Below are positions 6,783 through 14,563 of a stretch of 17,338 nucleotides of DNA, one piece after another. The stretch covers positions 13,817 through 31,154 of the forward strand of contig JALTLO010000180.1 in the NCBI GenBank assembly GCA_027001995.1, in the 5' to 3' direction. The stretch's first letter is position 1, and every line of letters starts with the position of its first letter. The DNA is from Planctomycetota bacterium. GTDB lineage: Bacteria; Planctomycetota; GCA-002687715; DRQF01. The position numbers and the translations under genes are program-made. The notes under the pieces were generated by a model. The model was not told the origin of the DNA. It made no database searches and saw only the letters and a program-made list of their open reading frames with translations.

Positions 6783-8179
6783 GCTTGCTCCCCTTCTAGA
6801 TCGATTTCTATCTTCGGTGTCTTTTCGACACCATGGGTGCCATTGAGTTCGGGAGCTGTGGATGGCTCTTCATTCTCTTGGCTTTTCTTACGACGGTGTT
6901 CAAGCATGGCTTTGATCTTTTCTTCAAGATCAGTCACGCCGACGCTATCCTTAATGACCTCAGCGGTGACGGTTTCATCGGAGTCAGGAATCAGGGAGTA
7001 GATAGAGTCTGCCGGAGCTTCTTCTTCAACGAATTGCTCCACACCCATTTTCATGGCCTTTTCGTGGATGGCCAAATCGTGAAGGAGTTGGGGCAGCTGC
7101 CCTTTCTTGACGATCTTTGCTTTGATTGCTTCGATTCGTTTGGCCAGCTTGCGGACGAAGTAGCCGCGAATTGTGTTTTCGCTTTCAATCTTACGCAGGA
7201 GAGCACTGTCGATGAGTCCAGATTCATCGACAATTTCCAAATGGAAGAAAGTAGGGGCGAGTTCTTCTTGAATTTCTTCCAAACTAGCAACGAACTCAGC
7301 GGTTCCCGTCAAGGTCACGCGAACGATGCGGTCGTCTCCGCTGAGTGATGAGAGGGCTTCTTTGAGGGCCGCTGCATCGGTTATTCTCTCAGCTCTTAAA
7401 TCGAGGTTGATGCAGGTGATCGTCTTTTTGTTGCGAAGCATGCGCTCAACGTGCACACCTTCATCATCGAATTCGACCACCACAGGGCCCTTGTCGCCCA
7501 GTTCTGAATCTTCGAAGCTACGTCCTTCTAAGGAGCCGGGATAGACGAAGGTGGTGGCGCCAATGGTCTCTTCGCTAAAACTCCGCATGCCACCGAGGGC
7601 TACATAATCGAATCCTTCGGCACTTAAAGCGGCACGGTCAGGAACAAAGACGTGTTTGTCGTCTTCGGGAGCTGACTCCTTACCGTGGAGCAGAGCAATG
7701 TGGATGCCTTTGTCTTCGACTTTCTTTAAGGAAGGGACCGGGTTCGGAGTCTGTCCCGGCACATAAGTCATACCGTAGAGAAAGACGCGTTTGCCACCGA
7801 TCTCTCGCACCCTGGGGGCTTCTGGAGATGTGTTCAGGAATAGCTCAACCCCGGGAAGTCGTTCAGTACGATAGACAGAGTTCTTGTAGGCATAGCTGTC
7901 GTGGTTTCCCGGTACCACAGCCACCAGAATGTCCTTAGCCAAGAGACGTGAGATGAGTCCTTTGGTGAAACTCCAGAGCTCTTCATCTGGACGATGATAT
8001 TCAAAGAGGTTACCTGCCAAGAGGACGCCGTCGATTTCGTTGCCCCGATTGAGGGCAAACTCGATGGCCTCGCGGAAGGCAACGCGGAACTCTTTGGTTC
8101 GTTCTCGGGCCTTTTCTGCCAGGTAGAAATTCTTGCACCCCAAGTGCAAGTCTGCCAAATGAAGGAATCTAAGTCTCAT
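6779..8179 (-). CDS. SbcD/Mre11 (YhaO-like) metallophosphoesterase-fold protein with a degenerate active site
   Basis: Retains HLADLHLG, PGNHD, ALLHG, YPGSLEGRSF..E.GDKG, the capping domain and a C-terminal helical segment. Motif II reads GNLFE and motif V reads DYVALGGMR. Confidence 0.9.
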   Translation of the reverse strand: MRLRFLHLADLHLGCKNFYLAEKARERTKEFRVAFREAIEFALNRGNEIDGVLLAGNLFEYHRPDEELWSFTKGLISRLLAKDILVAVVPGNHDSYAYKNSVYRTERLPGVELFLNTSPEAPRVREIGGKRVFLYGMTYVPGQTPNPVPSLKKVEDKGIHIALLHGKESAPEDDKHVFVPDRAALSAEGFDYVALGGMRSFSEETIGATTFVYPGSLEGRSFEDSELGDKGPVVVEFDDEGVHVERMLRNKKTITCINLDLRAERITDAAALKEALSSLSGDDRIVRVTLTGTAEFVASLEEIQEELAPTFFHLEIVDESGLIDSALLRKIESENTIRGYFVRKLAKRIEAIKAKIVKKGQLPQLLHDLAIHEKAMKMGVEQFVEEEAPADSIYSLIPDSDETVTAEVIKDSVGVTDLEEKIKAMLEHRRKKSQENEEPSTAPELNGTHGVEKTPKIEIDLEGEQA

Positions 8180-8674
8180 GTTAATCTCGACTTAAGTTAG
8201 AGCCAGGGGAGATGCTCTGAGGCTGCTTACGACTTCGGCGGGACACACACGTGTCCGAGCCTCAAACGTGAAACAACCACACGCTCTCTCCTATTTACAC
8301 ACGAGAATCATAGGTCTGGAGAGGGACACAGAATGGGGTTAGAGACCGATAAAAATGGATTTTGCCGAGGCTTCTTGGACAAAGTTGGGTGAAGAGGCCA
8401 TGGATGCGTCTGCACTGGGGGATCTTGCTACCTGGGTGCAAAATTGCCCATGCCCTTGGCTCGGTTGAACCCGACTTTTTCATGAGATCGTGGTCGTTGT
8501 GTGAGAAAATGCGGCGCAGAGAACGATTGGTACTACAATTCCTGTTTGTTCTCATCGAAACACTATATAGCCAGTGGTGGCAGAGTACGGACGCTATGCC
8601 GCCGCTGGGGGCCGCGAGGTCGTGAATAATTCGGGTTCAGGACGCTTTGGCAAACCTGGGATGAAGAATGTGGG

Positions 8675-10498
8675 TCAACCCCCGGTTGTGCTGGCCCGGT
8701 TGAGGAAGAGAAGTGCAAAACATGTATCTTCAAAGTTGTTATGCCAAGAGCCGTTGGAGAATTGAAATTCAACCAAGTGCTTGGCACCGGTGGCATACCA
8801 AGGTTTGTTCCCCAATCGACGGAGGCGATAATAGGAACCGACGCGCTCGACCCCATAGAGGTAGTAGTAGTGGCTGCGTCCGCTTCCCGGATTCATCTCG
8901 GCGACGAAACGGTCACCTAACCACTTGAGAGCTTGGGCAGATACCTTTTCTGATGCTTTGAGCCGTCCTCGATCCTTGGGCAGATGTTGGCCGCAGATTT
9001 TCAAACAGGCCAAGGCCGCGGCGGTCATGCTTCCGGTGATTGGGTCGACTTTTACTTTCTTCTTTGGGACGTAGTGAAATCCTCCGGTCTTCTCCGGATT
9101 CTTTAAGAACCAGTCCCATGCTTTCTTCCACACTTTCTTGTCGACTTTGGCACCTCCCTGTACACAAGCTTTGAGGCCGAGGAGTGCATATTGAGCATTG
9201 GAGAGGTCCACGCGGCCAGTGGGGTAGCCCCATAGCCCTTCTGGGCCTTGCTTTGCGGCTAACCAATCCGCCATGGTTTGCAGTTTGTCCGTATACTTCG
9301 TCTTGCTGACGGAGCGGAGAAACATGGCATAGAGTGCGACGCTGTAGGTCTTTTCTAATTTGAATTTGGCGATTCGTTTGACGAAGTCTTGGATCATGGG
9401 GTCATCCCGTTCTAATCCAGACTTTCGTAGGGCCAGCGCCCCCAAGGACATCACCCCCATGGGAAATTCCTTGGCTGATTTTGATGGGAAATTACCGTCG
9501 GGCTTTTGCTTTTTCTTGAGCCATTCCATGCCGTCGTCGATGGCTTTGTTGACTTTTTCTTGGTCATACTTGGCGATGGGTTCTGGCAAGAAGTCGGCGC
9601 CCCCTAAATTGAGGAACCTGATTTCCCCAGGGCTCCAGTAGCTTCGATCATTAACGAGCTTGTTAACTTGGATGCGCCAAGTTTTAGCTGTGGTGGGTTT
9701 GAATTTGATCTTGGGTTGATTGGTGAAGTTGGCTTTGGTGCTGGCCAGATTTTTCCAGCGCCTGCCTTTCTTGATTTGAACGGAGAATTCTTGGGGGACA
9801 CCGCGACCGGTTTCTCCCAAGTGGCGCATCATCAAAGCATCGAAGGTTTGTTCTTCTGAGTACTCGATCTCAATCCAACCACCATCACCTTTCTTGTTGG
9901 CCTCAAAATGAGTCTTTTCATCGCCATCGAATGCCTTGCCAATGGAATTACCACCGCGGCTTTTTGTCCATGCCGAGTAGGTCGGCCCGGACCCGCCCCC
10001 AGATTTCTCTGTGCTGTCTTCGGGTTTCTTCTTGCCACCGTCATGAAAGACGATCTCACTGATGGTGCAAGACCATCGGTCGTTGATGCGTTCGGCAATT
10101 TCGATGCGCCATGTCCGAGCTGGTTTCGAGGAAAACTTGAAAGTCTTTCCGTCTTCCATGTTCCCGGTGATTGTCTTGATCGCCTTGAGTTTTCCTGGCT
10201 CACCGGAAAAGATTGTGAATGTTTTGGGTGCTCCCCGAAGTTCACGGATGCCACTGGAAATTGTTACGCTCTTGAATTTCCTCTTCTTCGGATATGTGAC
10301 TTGAATCCAACCATCTTTGCTCTTGAAGTCTGCTGACCAACGTGAGCCCATATCGCCGTCGAAGGCAGAACGTGGGTGAAATTTCTCGCTCTGAAAGCTG
10401 GATGCTTCGTAGGTTTGAGACTGGGCTGAAGGGGAACAAATTCCCACTGCCCAGAATGCGGCAATGATGAGGGGCATGCGGCTGAGTGCGCGGATCAC
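8675..10498 (-). CDS. Secreted protein with two discoidin (F5/8 type C) domains and a C-terminal prenyltransferase/squalene-oxidase-repeat (alpha/alpha barrel) domain
   Basis: Preferred start is GTG 10498, with GGAG 7 nt upstream, giving signal peptide MIRALSRMPLIIAAFWAVGICSPSAQS. The ORF track start is 10606. Discoidin hallmarks AFDGDMGSRW and AFDGDEKTHF...WIEIEY. QW-like repeats Q..DGNF, QGPEGLWGY, QFSNGSW, plus DLSNAQYALLGL, YYLYGVERVG and DTCFALLFL. Confidence 0.85.
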   Translation of the reverse strand: MIRALSRMPLIIAAFWAVGICSPSAQSQTYEASSFQSEKFHPRSAFDGDMGSRWSADFKSKDGWIQVTYPKKRKFKSVTISSGIRELRGAPKTFTIFSGEPGKLKAIKTITGNMEDGKTFKFSSKPARTWRIEIAERINDRWSCTISEIVFHDGGKKKPEDSTEKSGGGSGPTYSAWTKSRGGNSIGKAFDGDEKTHFEANKKGDGGWIEIEYSEEQTFDALMMRHLGETGRGVPQEFSVQIKKGRRWKNLASTKANFTNQPKIKFKPTTAKTWRIQVNKLVNDRSYWSPGEIRFLNLGGADFLPEPIAKYDQEKVNKAIDDGMEWLKKKQKPDGNFPSKSAKEFPMGVMSLGALALRKSGLERDDPMIQDFVKRIAKFKLEKTYSVALYAMFLRSVSKTKYTDKLQTMADWLAAKQGPEGLWGYPTGRVDLSNAQYALLGLKACVQGGAKVDKKVWKKAWDWFLKNPEKTGGFHYVPKKKVKVDPITGSMTAAALACLKICGQHLPKDRGRLKASEKVSAQALKWLGDRFVAEMNPGSGRSHYYYLYGVERVGSYYRLRRLGNKPWYATGAKHLVEFQFSNGSWHNNFEDTCFALLFLNRASTTGG

Positions 10499-10634
10499 GG
10501 GTCTGCTCCATAGGGGCTTGGGTGCGATTCGGGAACTATCGAGTTTCTCGACAGGCTGGGACTTTATAACACGTTCTGGGCTACATTTGGCATTCTTCAC
10601 CTCCAATACGAAGATTTCTCTTTCATGATGAAGG

Positions 10635-12062
10635 CTATTTCGATTCGCTACCCGTGGTACTGGCGCGGTTCAGGAAAAGGAGTGCGAAACAAGTTTCTTC
10701 GAAGTAGCTGCTCTTCCACGCTCCGTTTTCTTGTTGGAAGTCGAGCAAGTGCCGGGCCCCTGTTGCATACCAAGGCTTTGAGCCAAGTTTGCGAATCTTA
10801 AAGTAGGCTCCAACTCGTTCAATGCCATAGAGGTAGTAATAATGCCAGCGTCCAGATCCTGGATTAGTCTCAGCAACGAAGTTCTCACCGAGCCAATGAA
10901 GGGCTGCGTCGCATACCTTTTTTGAGGTTCGCAATCGACCTCGATCATGGGGGAAACGGTTGGCGCAAATCTTGAGGCAAGCGAGAGCAGCGGCCGTCAT
11001 GCTCCCCGTCACTGGATCATGCTTCGGTTGACGCAGGGGTTCGTAGCGGAATCCCCCCACGGGTTCCGGGTTCTTCAGAAACCAGTCCCAGCTCTTGCGA
11101 AAAACAGAATTTGGCACCGTGGCACCTCCTTCCACCGCGGCCTTGAGCCCCAAGAGAGCATATTGGGTGTTGGACACATCAGCCTTGCCGGTGGGATAGC
11201 CCCACAGTCCTTCTGAACTTTGGTTCTTGACTAACCAATCTGCCAGTTCCTGGAGCTTCTTGCTGTATTTCTTCTTACTCACAGAGCGAAGAAACATGGC
11301 ATAAAGTCCGACACCATAGGTTTTCTTGGGCGTCAGTTTCGACAGGCGACTCATCAGATCAAGGATAACGGGGTCTTTTCGCGTGAGCCCAGATTTGCGT
11401 AAGGCCAAGGCTCCCAATGCCATGGCTCCCATGGGATATTGGGGGTTGTACCCAGATGGAAATTTGCCGTTTTTCTTCCACTTCTCAAGCAAAAACGCCA
11501 TACCCTTGTCGATGGCTTTGTTGACATCTAACTGATCTACTTTGGCATCTGCTTGCGGTTTGAAATTCTTGTCGCCAAGGTAGGTGAATGAGATCGCGAC
11601 GGGTGACCAAGTCGAGTTTTCTTTGACCAAGCGATCAACACGAACGCGCCACACCTTTGATTTTCTTGCTCGAAATCGAATACGATCCATGTTGGAGAAG
11701 TTCTCCTTAATGGTGACAGCGGTTTTCCAGCGTCTGCCTTTCTTGAACTGAATGGCGTATTCCCTTGGCACCCCATATCCCGATTCCGTGACATAGCGCA
11801 TGACGAATGCGTCAAATTCTTGCACCTTATTGTAGCGGACCTGAATCCACGGGCCTGGCCCTTCCTTGATGGGGCGAAAGCTTGTCTTGGGGTTGCCATC
11901 GAATGCTTTGGATACTTCGTGGCCAGGTTTCCCCATTGGCGAGGCCAATAGCCGGGGTTTGTCGTCCTGCGGAGGACTCTTGCCCAGGCAATTCGTCGCA
12001 CAAGACATAAATAGAACGATCATGCCGACAAACAGAAGTGATGGTGTCCTGGGCAAAGCCAT
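10635..12062 (-). CDS. Secreted (possibly lipoprotein) paralogue with one discoidin domain and a prenyltransferase-like barrel
   Basis: AAGGAG RBS inside the end of the upstream gene. Hydrophobic N-terminus ending LFMSC. AFDGNPKTSF...WIQVRY. The barrel motifs nearly match the adjacent gene (SEGLWGYPTG, TGSMTAAALACLKIC, NPGSGR.HYYYLYG.ERVG, TCFALLFLNRASTTG). Confidence 0.85.
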   Translation of the reverse strand: MALPRTPSLLFVGMIVLFMSCATNCLGKSPPQDDKPRLLASPMGKPGHEVSKAFDGNPKTSFRPIKEGPGPWIQVRYNKVQEFDAFVMRYVTESGYGVPREYAIQFKKGRRWKTAVTIKENFSNMDRIRFRARKSKVWRVRVDRLVKENSTWSPVAISFTYLGDKNFKPQADAKVDQLDVNKAIDKGMAFLLEKWKKNGKFPSGYNPQYPMGAMALGALALRKSGLTRKDPVILDLMSRLSKLTPKKTYGVGLYAMFLRSVSKKKYSKKLQELADWLVKNQSSEGLWGYPTGKADVSNTQYALLGLKAAVEGGATVPNSVFRKSWDWFLKNPEPVGGFRYEPLRQPKHDPVTGSMTAAALACLKICANRFPHDRGRLRTSKKVCDAALHWLGENFVAETNPGSGRWHYYYLYGIERVGAYFKIRKLGSKPWYATGARHLLDFQQENGAWKSSYFEETCFALLFLNRASTTGSESK

Positions 12063-12065
12063 GCT

Positions 12066-14330
12066 TCACTCCTTGGGAAATGCAAAGTTCAACGGTATCA
12101 CGGACGATCCCTCACGGGGAATTGTGATGTCAAGGATATCAGACAAACCAGCTATCGTTGCGATTGCACGATAGTTTCCAGGCAAAATGCGGTCAAGCTT
12201 TACCACACCCAAGGGGACACGAGCATAGTGATGGTTGGGCCAAATCCCGGGAAAGGGTGCTTGGCCACAATGGACGATCGTGAGATCCATGGGGCCTTGG
12301 GGTGGGTGACTTGCTCGAATCAGAAACTTGACGGTAATGGGGGAAGGCGATTGCCAATGATGGGGTTTGGCGCTCGTCTGATGATCGTGCTTGACCAGGA
12401 GGCCCCCAGATTCTTCACACAGCCAGCCCCAATCATCAGTGGGGATGGAAGGGGAGCCCATGTAAGGCAGGGCAACATAGGATGACTCTTTCAGGGCACC
12501 GAAAGAAACCCGCCCATCTTTTGCCGGGGCACTCCGGGTGTAGCCGTCTTCTCGTACCAAGACCATTCCATCAATGACGGGGTGTCCAGCATTATCCTCG
12601 CTGACCGTGATCGAAAACCGCGGCGACGGTTTCATGAAAACTGTGACGACTTCAGAGGCGTTGCCGAATGAAGGGAGGGTGGCGTCAAAGTCGCGAATCT
12701 GATGGGAAGGTGAGTGGGCTCGGAAGCTGAGCCTTCCTGGTGGGAGTCCTGAGAGAACAAACTTGCCATTCTTGTCTGAGAGGGCCAGCCAACTTGAATC
12801 GCTGCTGCCGGGCAAGGGCATTCTTAGTTGGATTCCGGCGCCGACGATAGGCTCCTTGGAAATCTCATCCTTGATGTGGCCAATGAACTGACGCCGATGG
12901 ATCGGGCCTAAAGTGGTGATGAGGAAATCATCTTTTGCTGGGGGGATTTCGATTGTGCGAATTGTTTCGATACTCCCAGAAAGCGTCCCTTGAACTTGGA
13001 CCAGATCGTAGGAACCGGGATTCATCAGCAAGCGCACCCGATCTATCGTCGAGGAGTCCATGGGATCGATTGAAACATGGAGGAGGTGATCCCTGTGAAA
13101 CAAGAGTTGGTTGCGGAAGATGATTCGCTCTCGTTCAGGTGTCGAGGTACCGTGTTCGACCAAAGTGAAGGAACTGAGGCTCTTCTTTGGGAAAACCACA
13201 GAAGTGGGCATTGAAAGAGTGATTGCGGCTTCAGCCTTGTCGCTCACTGATAGAGAGGTCAAGCGACTTCCATATCGGGCGTAGGCCAATGTGTCTTGGG
13301 CTGACAAGGGCTGAGGTAGAGATATGAAAGGTGAGCCTGGGGGGATGCTGAGAAGAACACCTTTTTCCTCGTTGAAGGGTAGAAAAACGACCTCGTCTTC
13401 TTGGGTGAGATTGATGAGACGGATCCTCGTGGGTGGATTGTTGACTTGGGCGCGCTTTTCCCAAGGCAAGAACTTACCACGGTCTCCCTGAAGGAAGAAA
13501 TCCCAGGGACCTCCAAGCTTCTTTGATATCGGAGTGCCATTCATGGAGCGGATGGTTGGCCCGTTAACAAGTTGATTGGACTCTGCGCTTATCGTGGACT
13601 GTCTTACGATGGCTGTTGGAAAAAGCCCTTTTTTGGGGCGGGGTATGGCGACAACGTCATACCTGGCCTGTACCTGATTGGCCTGGGAAATGGCTTGCCA
13701 AGGGCGGGTGTCGTTTTCTGGGAGACGTCCCAATTCTTGGTGTTGCCAGGGAGGAAAGGTGTAGGGGCCGTAGAGGTCTATCCGTTCTTTTGTTTCTACT
13801 TTGAGATAGACGAAGGACAAACGGCAAGGTGTGCGAAAAGAAAAACGTCCATCGACAAGTCGCAGATCTTGGGCTTTGGAGAGTCCTTCATCTTCTATTC
13901 CAAGGGCCGAGACCAAGGCGAATGAAGCGAATTCTTCATGGGCAAGATTGGCAGGTAGGGTGCCGGAGATCCAGGTGGGTCCGATGCCGAACTCCCATAC
14001 ACCAGAATTGGCATGGGACTCTTTGAGTTCCGGGTCGATGTGGATAGACGCGGGATGTTGGTGGGGGACTGGAGGGGCCTCAATCTCTTGAAGATTCCTT
14101 ATGGGCTTGGTTGCTTGTGTTACTTGCCCAGGGAAGGATGTCTTTGAAAATGTGGTTGAATCTGGCGAACGACTTGTAGCGGAACCAGAGTCTTGAGGCG
14201 GTCGGAAACCAAAGATCCAGGAGATCAAGAGAACGATCAGGATCAGGAGCATCAAGATGAGAGAGCTGCGGATACCCGGGCGATGACGCCTGGGTCTTCT
14301 CTTCGTCAAGATTTTGGGGAAGATGTCCAT
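12066..14330 (-). CDS. Membrane-anchored protein with carboxypeptidase-regulatory-like (beta-sandwich) domain(s)
   Basis: Long ORF with a basic N-terminus followed by a strong TM helix (SLILMLLILIVLLISWIFGF). CarboxypepD_reg-like segment GHIKDEISKEPIVGAGI...SDKNGKFVLSGLPPG and a second repeat (EDNAGHPV...DGRVSFGAL). The start is uncertain (14330, 14339 or 14432). Confidence 0.7.
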   Translation of the reverse strand: MDIFPKILTKRRPRRHRPGIRSSLILMLLILIVLLISWIFGFRPPQDSGSATSRSPDSTTFSKTSFPGQVTQATKPIRNLQEIEAPPVPHQHPASIHIDPELKESHANSGVWEFGIGPTWISGTLPANLAHEEFASFALVSALGIEDEGLSKAQDLRLVDGRFSFRTPCRLSFVYLKVETKERIDLYGPYTFPPWQHQELGRLPENDTRPWQAISQANQVQARYDVVAIPRPKKGLFPTAIVRQSTISAESNQLVNGPTIRSMNGTPISKKLGGPWDFFLQGDRGKFLPWEKRAQVNNPPTRIRLINLTQEDEVVFLPFNEEKGVLLSIPPGSPFISLPQPLSAQDTLAYARYGSRLTSLSVSDKAEAAITLSMPTSVVFPKKSLSSFTLVEHGTSTPERERIIFRNQLLFHRDHLLHVSIDPMDSSTIDRVRLLMNPGSYDLVQVQGTLSGSIETIRTIEIPPAKDDFLITTLGPIHRRQFIGHIKDEISKEPIVGAGIQLRMPLPGSSDSSWLALSDKNGKFVLSGLPPGRLSFRAHSPSHQIRDFDATLPSFGNASEVVTVFMKPSPRFSITVSEDNAGHPVIDGMVLVREDGYTRSAPAKDGRVSFGALKESSYVALPYMGSPSIPTDDWGWLCEESGGLLVKHDHQTSAKPHHWQSPSPITVKFLIRASHPPQGPMDLTIVHCGQAPFPGIWPNHHYARVPLGVVKLDRILPGNYRAIATIAGLSDILDITIPREGSSVIPLNFAFPKE

Positions 14331-14337
14331 GGGAAAC

Positions 14338-14343
14338 ATTGTA
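14338..14343 (-). promoter_or_regulatory. Possible sigma70 -10 box (TACAAT) for a leaderless transcript
   Basis: TACAAT lies 7 nt before ATG 14330, which has no Shine-Dalgarno. An A-tract lies further upstream, but there is no good -35. Confidence 0.25.
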
Positions 14344-14563
14344 CGAGGACGGGGGATGCTCTGACCTCGTTTTTTTGATTTCCCGTGAGATTTCTGGGGA
14401 ATCAAAAGGGCTTCGAGTGGTCGGTGGAGCATATGACAGTTCTTCCATAGCCAACCTCAATGGGGCTTGGAACGCCGGGCACAACTAGAACCTTAGACGC
14501 AGGAGTTCATGGGTATGGACCGTGAAATATTGAGATTGAGATCAGAACTTGAGCTGCGAATCT

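Noticed and set aside
4563..8179. Known SMC-based defence system (Wadjet, Lamassu)
   Set aside because: No JetA/B/D or LmuA-type effector gene is adjacent, and the architecture is YhaO/YhaN-like.
8295..8625. Short overlapping ORFs (8295-8555 minus, 8362-8625 plus) in the intergenic gap
   Set aside because: No recognisable motifs, RBS or protein-like composition.
8675..12062. Squalene-hopene cyclase or terpene biosynthetic cluster
   Set aside because: Each protein has only a single barrel, no DxDD motif and a signal peptide, and there are no isoprenoid genes nearby.
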